Virus record (IMG/VR): IMGVR_UViG_3300002098_000020
Coordinates: 1 to 34,456 of that record
DNA length: 34,456 nucleotides
Strand: one strand, 5' to 3'
DNA from: a virus
Taxonomy: Duplodnaviria > Caudoviricetes
Shown: in pieces, positions 24,780 to 32,333 of the stretch
Numbering within the stretch: position 1 is the stretch's first letter
Layout of the letters: each line of letters opens with the position of its first letter
Notes under the pieces: generated by a model
What the model was told of the DNA's origin: nothing
The model's input: the letters and a program-made list of their open reading frames with translations, nothing else
The model's database searches: none
Position numbers and translations under genes: made by a program

Positions 24780-24988
24780 GACGAGTCACAACTACCTATC
24801 GCAGACTGATCAACGGGCAATGGAAGCAGAGCATCACACTCACAACACCATTCCCTCGCCCCGTGATTGAGTTGCTCAATCAGTTTCACACAAGAGATTG
24901 TGCAAAGCCGGAGTTGGTGGCCGGTCAGGTACCATGTCGATCTCCCAGGCCGTGTCCCGACACCAGCGATTCCAACGACCCAGCATAG
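24776..24988 (+). CDS. Possible small protein (70 aa)
   Basis: ATGA-coupled to the previous ORF but overlaps the convergent gene by 113 nt. Confidence 0.3.
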   Translation: MRRVTTTYRRLINGQWKQSITLTTPFPRPVIELLNQFHTRDCAKPELVAGQVPCRSPRPCPDTSDSNDPA

Positions 24989-25280
24989 CCTCTGGTAGGT
25001 CTTTGTTGTCATCCAGTTGACTCAACATATCGTGTAGCAATTCAGCAGGTGAGTACGAGCCAGCAGTTTCTCGCTTGCGAAATTTGGGGTCAGGATTGCA
25101 AAACCAAGTTTCTAGATCTGGCCTGCGCTGACACACTGTGGCAATGTCTGAACCCACTTGGCGTAGCCAGGCATGTAATCGATCGCGCTCGCCCTGGCGT
25201 TGCTTCACATACACAGTGGCATAGTTACGACCAGGTCGTGCGGGCATTTCCAGGCGGTCTTGATATTTAAATTCGGGCAT
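24876..25280 (-). CDS. Early hypothetical protein (134 aa, MPEFKYQ)
   Basis: AGGAG RBS 6 nt before ATG 25280; last gene of a coupled four-gene operon. Confidence 0.65.
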   Translation of the reverse strand: MPEFKYQDRLEMPARPGRNYATVYVKQRQGERDRLHAWLRQVGSDIATVCQRRPDLETWFCNPDPKFRKRETAGSYSPAELLHDMLSQLDDNKDLPEAMLGRWNRWCRDTAWEIDMVPDRPPTPALHNLLCETD

Positions 25281-25476
25281 CAGCATCTCCTGGGGCGTGA
25301 TTGTCAAAACGGCGCAGGCGTTCTTGGTATTCCAGTATGCCTGAATCATAGTCAGCCTCAGGTTCATGTATCAGTTGCCAGAACGCCTGTAAGGATTCCG
25401 CAGTGTCAACAGGCAAATTGTAGATGCGATACCAAAATGCTCCGTTATCTTTTTCGGGTTGATATTGTGTTGTCAT
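25267..25476 (-). CDS. Early hypothetical protein (69 aa, MTTQYQP)
   Basis: AGGAG RBS and ATGA overlap. Confidence 0.65.
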   Translation of the reverse strand: MTTQYQPEKDNGAFWYRIYNLPVDTAESLQAFWQLIHEPEADYDSGILEYQERLRRFDNHAPGDADARI

Positions 25477-26021
25477 TGGGATTCTCCTGTGTTCCATGAG
25501 ATGGGGTTGCGACTGGTCATTTGCCAATCTCTATACTGCTCTGTTTCGCGCCAGCGACCTGTAAAACTCACTGTTTCATAATGCAAGCCCACTATGTTGC
25601 CCCAGGCTCCGGTGTGATCATTACGCAATAGAAAGAACACATGATGCTGGTCCCACAATCTTGCAGTGGGCACAGCCGTGGTGCGTGGTTGTTGTGCCAT
25701 GCCTGTCCACACATGCCAACCATAATCTCTTGCGAGCACCAGTTCAGTTCTGATTTGATCCCACAAACGCATGTGTGCGGCTTTTAGCGGAATTTGATTG
25801 CGTCGGCGTGCAAAATGCACATCTACATCTGTTCTAGTGGCACCTTGGTTGTATCTGAACCGAGCATTGAAACTGGGTTCATGATTGTTTTGTGGCCAAA
25901 ATCTAACATACATTTGACTGGGCATTTGAGTCCATACCGCACCATGACTGGAAGGTGTTTCGTCCATGTAAAACGCACGAAGTTCTGGATCCCGTTTGAT
26001 AAGTTCAACAATATCAAGCAT
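25473..26021 (-). CDS. Early hypothetical protein (182 aa, MLDIVEL)
   Basis: Overlaps the upstream stop; Trp/Arg-rich beta pattern. Confidence 0.7.
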   Translation of the reverse strand: MLDIVELIKRDPELRAFYMDETPSSHGAVWTQMPSQMYVRFWPQNNHEPSFNARFRYNQGATRTDVDVHFARRRNQIPLKAAHMRLWDQIRTELVLARDYGWHVWTGMAQQPRTTAVPTARLWDQHHVFFLLRNDHTGAWGNIVGLHYETVSFTGRWRETEQYRDWQMTSRNPISWNTGESQ

Positions 26022-26751
26022 AGTTTTTCCAATCATAAAAGTCATCTACAGGTCTACGACGAATTCGTTCTCCCCAACGGGCTTCGCCTTCATATATGTT
26101 TTGTTGTGCAGTGGTCAAAGGCTGATCAAACTTCAATTCAATGCGTTGTTCCACAGTGTACAGTGTGGCCACAATACAGGTGTCTTGGATTGTGGCTGTC
26201 ATTACCAGATCAGGAATGTTGCGTCTAAACTGATCTGGTAAATGGCCATCAAAGTTTTTGGGCTGTCTGATTCGGGCTTTGCCGATCCATTTTTGGCCTT
26301 GTAGGCCTGCCAGTGTTCTCACTTGTTGTTGAAATGGATTGGCTGGCTGAAACTCACGCATGCGGTCTGTGAGATTGAATGTGATGCGTTTGGGTGCATT
26401 TGGTGTGCCCATATCACTAGCATAGTGTATGGTTGCTGTGATGCGTAGTCGCTGGGCTTTTTGATCTGCTCGTTTGGCACGAGTCCGACTCCAGGCCCAT
26501 TGAGCACAAATCCAGGCAATGGGATCTGGTTCCGCGATCACATTACCACTTTTCTCTTGAGAAATCATGTCCTCTTCAAGAGATGTCAAGGGGTGAGGCG
26601 AAGCCTCTGAAACTCGGACTGCGTCCGTCGGGATTTCGTCTTCAGTGAAATCTATTGACTGACATTCCTGGTATTCACTGGAATTACTGATATTACTGAT
26701 ATTATAATACATTTCGCGGCCTAGACGATTTGTAATTGTTTTTTCGTTCAT
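26014..26751 (-). CDS. Early hypothetical protein (245 aa), candidate replication initiator
   Basis: AAGGAG RBS; first gene after a sigma70-type promoter; hairpins and repeats in its 5' part. Function is inferred only. Confidence 0.7.
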   Translation of the reverse strand: MNEKTITNRLGREMYYNISNISNSSEYQECQSIDFTEDEIPTDAVRVSEASPHPLTSLEEDMISQEKSGNVIAEPDPIAWICAQWAWSRTRAKRADQKAQRLRITATIHYASDMGTPNAPKRITFNLTDRMREFQPANPFQQQVRTLAGLQGQKWIGKARIRQPKNFDGHLPDQFRRNIPDLVMTATIQDTCIVATLYTVEQRIELKFDQPLTTAQQNIYEGEARWGERIRRRPVDDFYDWKNYA

Positions 26752-26790
26752 TGGAAACTCCTTTGTTAGAACTATTGCCTTTCAAGCACA

Positions 26791-26819
26791 AGTATATATG
26801 ACAACGGCAAAAAAAGCAA
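26791..26819 (-). promoter_or_regulatory. Sigma70-type early promoter
   Basis: TTGCTT-17 nt-TATACT. Confidence 0.7.
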
Positions 26820-26847
26820 CATTTTCAGGCAAAACGCAAATCACTGG

Positions 26848-26853
26848 TAAATA
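26848..26853 (+). promoter_or_regulatory. TAAATA late-type promoter preceding structured RNA candidate
   Basis: GGTAAATA-CAT-TGTCAGTGGTG; no ATG or RBS follows. Confidence 0.6.
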
Positions 26854-26856
26854 CAT

Positions 26857-27055
26857 TGTCAGTGGTGCTGACATCAATGGCAATCGCGCCCGTGATGTTA
26901 AACGCAGAGACAGATCGGGTCTCCCTCAAAGCCTGTAGGTAAAGTGATAGGCTTCAACTTCATAGTTGAACTTTTGAGTCCTTTCGAGTTAGATGTTTGC
27001 TTGCCAGCAATATTCGCCTGTAACCGATCCACACCACTGACACCCTTATTTTTTT
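26857..27055 (+). ncRNA. Candidate structured non-coding RNA (~190 nt)
   Basis: 11-bp perfect closing stem (26857-26867 with 27032-27042), several internal hairpins and a 3' T-tract; no credible ORF. Confidence 0.5.
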
Positions 27056-27063
27056 GGATTGAT

Positions 27064-27342
27064 ATGACTGTGAAATGGATTTCGGGACCAGATCCGCACT
27101 TGCACAAATTATATGTGGCATTTGGTTATCACCGAGTAAGCGCAAGACTGCGCGGAGAAACCTGGGATTTGCCGTGGGAAACCTGGCGTGATATCTGGCT
27201 ACCTAACTGGGAGTTCAGGGGCAGACTGGCCAATGACCTGTGTCTTGCTAGAATTGATATGGATGGGCCTTGGACACTGGACAATGTGCATCTAATCACA
27301 CGCAGAGAACACAGCCGACTTATCCGGGAGCATCACCGATGA
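27064..27342 (+). CDS. Small His-Me finger/HNH-like protein (92 aa; start revised to MTVKW)
   Basis: A.LRGETWDL.WE.W..IW...RGR...LCLARID..GPW..DNV pattern common in small phage HNH-like proteins. Confidence 0.6.
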   Translation: MTVKWISGPDPHLHKLYVAFGYHRVSARLRGETWDLPWETWRDIWLPNWEFRGRLANDLCLARIDMDGPWTLDNVHLITRREHSRLIREHHR

Positions 27343-27833
27343 TGTGGTACGCACCCACAGGAGCAGATGTTGCTGATATGGTCAGTCAAGCACAACACCT
27401 GTTTGAACTAGAAAATCCTGATGACGCAGGCGATATAATATTTCGCTTGGATCCCTTAGTGTACAGCCATCACATCACTCGAGCCATTGTGAATCAATTT
27501 TATCAGCCAGATCTAGACTTTGTGCGTGTGGCACGAGATGATGCCGGTCAATTGATAGCACAGACCTGGATTGGGCGTGGTGGTAGTCCGCTGTGGAGTC
27601 GAGATGAAATGGCCATCACACATATGGCACACACAGCCTACAGTCTGCCCCTACGCACACGAGTGCGCTTGATTGAACAAATGATGACAATGTGGGAAGA
27701 CTGGTGTCAGGAACACTCAATACCTATCATCAGTAGTAGTACTATGAGACAGCAAACAGATGGGTTTTTGAAGATGCACCAGCGTCGTGGTTACAGCCTT
27801 AGAGGTAATGTTGCGTACAAAAGAGTAAGTTAA
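27339..27833 (+). CDS. GNAT-fold acetyltransferase-like protein (164 aa; start 27339)
   Basis: ATGA overlap; DVADMV, FVRVARDDAGQLIA, RLIEQM..W.DW and GFLKMHQRRGY match the GNAT layout. Confidence 0.6.
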   Translation: MMWYAPTGADVADMVSQAQHLFELENPDDAGDIIFRLDPLVYSHHITRAIVNQFYQPDLDFVRVARDDAGQLIAQTWIGRGGSPLWSRDEMAITHMAHTAYSLPLRTRVRLIEQMMTMWEDWCQEHSIPIISSSTMRQQTDGFLKMHQRRGYSLRGNVAYKRVS

Positions 27834-27918
27834 CAGCCCAGGAGACTATACGGAATCAGGGTGTTTTGGCTGTTTCAACCCTGGGTATCAAGGAATTGGC
27901 AGGCCGGCCGTTGTCGTC

Positions 27919-28350
27919 TCACCCCAGAGTGGATCGTAGCATCCAAAGTGATTTTTCAAGATCTAGTGCTTGATCTTGTGCATAGTTGGCAATCTCATCT
28001 AGGCCTTCCTCATCTGCAATTGAAATCAATTCTTTGTACTCATCCAGGAGATGTTCTAGGTCTTCCTGTACCATAGTCAACAAATGATCAGCATCACCAG
28101 ATAACTCGCCGGTATCTATGTGGCTCGAGTCGATAACTTCGCTTATGTCGCAAGGTGCATACTCATCCATTGAGCGTAGCAATTCACCAATGCGATCAAT
28201 TTGATCTTGGCGGCGTGTGTAAATGCCTTCCAGTAACTTGTGATCACTACGGAAGTTGCGACCTGTGATGTTTATGTGTGCCATATGGCTACGGAAGTAG
28301 GTCACAAAGTTGTCACGAAATATCTGTGTTAGTTGTTCTGCTGTGTTCAT
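27919..28350 (-). CDS. dps: Dps-family ferritin-like protein
   Basis: HINITG..F..DHKLLE.IY...DRIGE and EK..WMLRS; H25/H37/D52/E56 match Dps ferroxidase ligand spacing. Confidence 0.88.
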   Translation of the reverse strand: MNTAEQLTQIFRDNFVTYFRSHMAHINITGRNFRSDHKLLEGIYTRRQDQIDRIGELLRSMDEYAPCDISEVIDSSHIDTGELSGDADHLLTMVQEDLEHLLDEYKELISIADEEGLDEIANYAQDQALDLEKSLWMLRSTLG

Positions 28351-28950
28351 TTATTGTCCAGTATAATTTGGCATCATTGCTCTGCGGCGTGCAAGTTCTT
28401 GTTGTTCATTGGTATTCAATCCACCTGAATAAGTCATTGCACCTAAACCAACGGCTGCTGGCGCGGCAAATGGCGCGGCAGCACGACCCATAGACGCTAC
28501 AGCAGGACCTGCGGCTCTAGCACCTGCCATTACTTTTTCAGCGGCAATCTTTTGCATTTGTTGTGCATAATTTATACCGCGTTGAACAACACTGGGCTGT
28601 TGTGTAGTACGAGCAAAATTTTCAGCATCTGTGGCTTTTAAAGCATTAAATGTTTGTTGTGCTGGAGTTATTGGTGGTGGTGGTGGAACTGCTACTGGTG
28701 GAGCAGCCATTGCGCCAGCACCGGGTCCTCGAAATGCATTTGCTAGTGCTTTACCACCTGCATATAAACCTGCACCTTCAAGACCATATTTTACTGCATC
28801 AGGAACCACGCTGGTCATTACACCTATTTTTTCATCCTGGCGATCGATAGGTTTTTCTTCTGGTATTGCTTGATCTTTGGTTGCAAGATACTGTTGAATT
28901 TCTTCATCAGTGTAACCATCTGCCTTTGCGGCTTCTACATCAAATGCCAT
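28351..28950 (-). CDS. Putative ejection/internal virion protein (199 aa)
   Basis: N-terminal FDVEAAKADGYTDEEIQQYL motif; Ala/Gly-rich hydrophobic helices. Confidence 0.6.
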   Translation of the reverse strand: MAFDVEAAKADGYTDEEIQQYLATKDQAIPEEKPIDRQDEKIGVMTSVVPDAVKYGLEGAGLYAGGKALANAFRGPGAGAMAAPPVAVPPPPPITPAQQTFNALKATDAENFARTTQQPSVVQRGINYAQQMQKIAAEKVMAGARAAGPAVASMGRAAAPFAAPAAVGLGAMTYSGGLNTNEQQELARRRAMMPNYTGQ

Positions 28951-28959
28951 AGTGTTTCC

Positions 28960-31545
28960 TTATCTGTCATAACTGGTTATGGGTTTGGTCTTAATCCAAC
29001 GCTCTTGGGTAGGATCATATTCAGGCACAGGAAATCTTACATAACCTTGTTTAACTGCTGCCGCTGTTGACCCATTTTTAGTAATATAGTCCAAACGATC
29101 TTTAGAAATTGTGGTATAAGTATCAACCAATTTCTTTTGTTCTTTGCGCCATTCTTTGTCCAACTGCAACGCATTAGATGCTGTGCTGTTTGGAGCCCAA
29201 TCACCTTTATAGCGTGCCAAATCAGCATTGAATTGACTTTGTGCCATTGAATTGTATGCACCCAGGGCTGGTACTTTGGTTGGATCCACATTGCGTTCTC
29301 TATTGGCTTGTTGTTCAGCATCACTAACTGAACCAGGACCAGCAGTGGATTTCAATGTTCTTGCATTGATTGTGGCATTCATATTGTTGTATTCAGCCAA
29401 GGCTGTTTGTTCATCGCGATTTAAACCAAGTGCGGCTGCTCGTTCACGCAATTTATCATCGGGTACACTTACTTTACCTAACACAACATCTCTAAACATT
29501 GTCCAACGCTGATCACTCGGTGATTGGCCTGAACCGTTAGCAATACCAAATATCTTGCTAGAATCTACACCTGGGCGATCAAACAGTTTGAATTGTTGTT
29601 TACGCAAACTAGAAATTTCATCACCGGCTTGTGCTTGTGGGCGAACTTCTTCATCAAGAATTTTGTTGAATGATTCACTGCGCTTGCCGGCAACTTGTAT
29701 ATTTTCCTTGGCGGCTGCTTCAGAAATAGCACCTTCGCGTTTGAGACGCTCTTTGTATTGAGCATAACTTTCATTTGCTCCTTGTGGTCCAGCACCGTTG
29801 GGAACTGGAATATTACCCAAGCGTTCCCAATGATTTGGATCTCGCTGTGGCACAGTTTGAACAAATCCTGCTTCACGCAATTTGCGTAAATCTTCAGCAG
29901 TTGCTCTGCTGGTTGGGAAGTCAATGGCATTGGCGTTTTCGTGAGCACTTGTGCCAGGTCGAGCAATAGGATTACCTTGTGCTGTCTTTCCAGGGCGACC
30001 TGCCGCAACGCTTTCATCCCATATGGCCTGTTGTTGTGCTGTTGGGCGTGTGCCACTAATAATAGGTTGACTTAATTGTAAACTATCAGCAATTGAGGCT
30101 GCTGACATTGGAGGCAATGGACCTTGTGGTCTATTGGTTTCTGCGGCTTGTGTACCTTGTTGACGAGCACCTGCGGCATTGTACACAGCAATAGGTGCTT
30201 GTGCCATTGTGGTCCAACCAGTAGTTGGCCTGCGTTCATTGCCTACTTGTACATAGGTAGAAGATGTTTGTGGATCATACATCATTTGACCCATTTCACC
30301 ATTGGCATTAGTTACAGGAGTACCGTGTGCGCTTGGTAACAAATGTGCTTTGGTTGGTAGTGCGGCAGCAGATATTCGGGCCAGGGTCTTTTGTCCAACT
30401 TCTTGACCATTAACATCAAATGCTTTGACCACACCACCTTGAGGATCGCGCACCACTGTGTATTTGTCTGTGCCCACTGTGGTAGTGTCCATTTTTAATT
30501 CTGGATTGATCATATCTTGTTCGCGTTTGGCTAGATCAGTAAGTCCCAATCTTGCAAACAATATGGCCTTGACATAACTGCCTTCTTTGGCACGCTCTTT
30601 CATATAGCGTGCCAATTCAGTAGGTGTTGCGGTTTCAATTTTCTTTTCAGCATCACGAAGATTCTTTTGATTTAAATAATCTTCGGCAATAAAACTGTGT
30701 GCCAAACGCTTGCTGGCTTCATCACCAGTTGCTAAAATATTAGCCATTGCTTGACGGCGTTTTTCTGGATCGGTTAAATTGTGTGCATCAATCACTGCTT
30801 GTCGAGCACGATCTTCAGAAGTTTCTGCAACTTGTCCCACTTGTGCCAGGCTTGCACCAGGTGCGCCAGCAGGTGCTTGTTGTATCACAGGCCCTGGTTG
30901 TGTAGCAGTGGCAGGATTTACTGGTCCAGCAACTTGAACTCCAGGTCCGGCTTGTGGCAATGCGGACATTTGTGGTGTGCCAGGCTCTGCTTCGCGTTCA
31001 ACTGTGGGCACCGCAGGTCCACTAGGTGCCATTTGAGCAGCCATTCCCTGTGCAGGTGCTTGTTGTACTTGTTGTTGTACTTGTTGCGGTTGTGGTTGTG
31101 GTGCAGGTGCCATTGCTGGCTGTGGTGCTATTGGGGTGGGTGCTACTGCTACAGGTGCTGGCGCAGGAGTTTGTGTTTTGACTATGTGTTCTTGCGATCC
31201 ATCAGCATAGGTCTTGACCTGTTGGCTTTGTACTTCTGTGTTGCCTGCGTCTGGTGTTGTAGATGGCACGCCCAGTCGTTGTTCTATAGCCTGTTGTGGA
31301 TTGGTCACAGCATTGGTCACATCGTTCACACGCTGGCCCATTTGATCCACTCTCTTGCCAAGATACTGACTGGCTAGATCACCAAGATTTACACCACGCG
31401 AGGCTCCAGGTTGTTGGCTGATACCATTTTCTTGGTCTTGAGCCTGTGCTTGTGCTTGTTCTTCAAGCAGGCGTCGTCTGCGTTGTTCTTCTGTTTCGTA
31501 ATCTCCGGGTATGTAACCGCCCATTGAATAATCATCGTAAGCCAT
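28960..31545 (-). CDS. Putative ejection protein (861 aa) with M15 (VanY-like) Zn peptidase domain
   Basis: ISGTR..QQ, ARPGTSAHENANAIDF (SxHx6D) and DPNHWE; GSVSDAEQ near C-terminus. Confidence 0.75.
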   Translation of the reverse strand: MAYDDYSMGGYIPGDYETEEQRRRRLLEEQAQAQAQDQENGISQQPGASRGVNLGDLASQYLGKRVDQMGQRVNDVTNAVTNPQQAIEQRLGVPSTTPDAGNTEVQSQQVKTYADGSQEHIVKTQTPAPAPVAVAPTPIAPQPAMAPAPQPQPQQVQQQVQQAPAQGMAAQMAPSGPAVPTVEREAEPGTPQMSALPQAGPGVQVAGPVNPATATQPGPVIQQAPAGAPGASLAQVGQVAETSEDRARQAVIDAHNLTDPEKRRQAMANILATGDEASKRLAHSFIAEDYLNQKNLRDAEKKIETATPTELARYMKERAKEGSYVKAILFARLGLTDLAKREQDMINPELKMDTTTVGTDKYTVVRDPQGGVVKAFDVNGQEVGQKTLARISAAALPTKAHLLPSAHGTPVTNANGEMGQMMYDPQTSSTYVQVGNERRPTTGWTTMAQAPIAVYNAAGARQQGTQAAETNRPQGPLPPMSAASIADSLQLSQPIISGTRPTAQQQAIWDESVAAGRPGKTAQGNPIARPGTSAHENANAIDFPTSRATAEDLRKLREAGFVQTVPQRDPNHWERLGNIPVPNGAGPQGANESYAQYKERLKREGAISEAAAKENIQVAGKRSESFNKILDEEVRPQAQAGDEISSLRKQQFKLFDRPGVDSSKIFGIANGSGQSPSDQRWTMFRDVVLGKVSVPDDKLRERAAALGLNRDEQTALAEYNNMNATINARTLKSTAGPGSVSDAEQQANRERNVDPTKVPALGAYNSMAQSQFNADLARYKGDWAPNSTASNALQLDKEWRKEQKKLVDTYTTISKDRLDYITKNGSTAAAVKQGYVRFPVPEYDPTQERWIKTKPITSYDR

Positions 31546-31555
31546 TGTTTATACC

Positions 31556-32272
31556 TTAAAATTTAAAACCAGCACTTGCCGTAGTTCCTGATGTGTTTGT
31601 GCCTGTTGGTCCTAGGCCATAACTTGCACTAGGAGCGCCATAAGGACCTGCCAAGTATTTGTTGAAATAATCTTGTGGAGTCATTGCGGCACCAACTCCT
31701 GTTTGTGCGGCACCCAGGGCTTGAGCCAATCCACCTGTGCCAATTTGTGCCAAGTTTGAAGCGGCAGACAATCGTTGTGCTTCAATGTCTTTGAGTATAC
31801 CAGCCGCAGTGGCTGCCTGTGTGGCCTGTGTTGTACCAGCCAGTTGTTGTCCTGCCAGGGCTTGTCTTGCTGAGCCCAAATTGCCTGTACCACCAAACTG
31901 TGCCTGTTGATTGGCCAAGTTCTGTTGATACTGTGCTTGTGCCGGTGCCATTGCGGCATTGAGTTGAGTTTGTGCATAATCTGGGCTGAAAAGACTTTCC
32001 AGGCCTGACACACCAGTACGCAAGGCTGATTCACCTGTTGATCCTGCTGTTTGCCCTACCTGACTGGCTGTGCCTGCTAGATTTTGTGCGGCATTTTGCA
32101 CACCACCTTGACTTGCGTTGTAAAGATTACTGGCTCCAGTGACTGCTTGTTTAATATTGGGCGCAATAGTGCTGGTAAACAGTTCATTTTGTGCTTGAAG
32201 TTGTTGTGTTTGTTCTGGCGACAATGTTGGTGTGCTAACACTGGTGGTGCCACCTTTTCCTGCGTACGGCAT
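31556..32272 (-). CDS. Putative DNA ejection/pilot protein (238 aa)
   Basis: GKGG N-terminus, Gln/Ala/Gly-rich, GNLGSARQALA motif; GAGGAG RBS. Confidence 0.65.
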   Translation of the reverse strand: MPYAGKGGTTSVSTPTLSPEQTQQLQAQNELFTSTIAPNIKQAVTGASNLYNASQGGVQNAAQNLAGTASQVGQTAGSTGESALRTGVSGLESLFSPDYAQTQLNAAMAPAQAQYQQNLANQQAQFGGTGNLGSARQALAGQQLAGTTQATQAATAAGILKDIEAQRLSAASNLAQIGTGGLAQALGAAQTGVGAAMTPQDYFNKYLAGPYGAPSASYGLGPTGTNTSGTTASAGFKF

Positions 32273-32294
32273 TATGCTTCTCCTCGTGATCTAA

Positions 32295-32300
32295 TATTTA
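32295..32300 (-). promoter_or_regulatory. TAAATA late-type promoter
   Basis: ACTAAATA-TTAGATCACGAGGAGAAGCATA-ATG. Confidence 0.65.
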
Positions 32301-32333
32301 GTGTATTCATTGTTTTGGGTCCTTTAAGCCAGG

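Noticed and set aside
26898-27145. Short ORFs across the 26850-27060 gap and the 40-aa N-terminal extension of ORF 26944
   Set aside because: No RBS and atypical composition; the region is better explained as structured RNA.
27838-27890. CAGGGT/ACCCTG inverted repeat between convergent GNAT and dps genes
   Set aside because: Long loop and no clear U-tract; too weak to call a terminator.
12522-30678. Other TAAATA hits (12522 plus, 25264 minus, 30673 plus)
   Set aside because: They are antisense or inside coding sequence with no suitably placed start codon; likely chance, though 12522 faces the MCP terminator.
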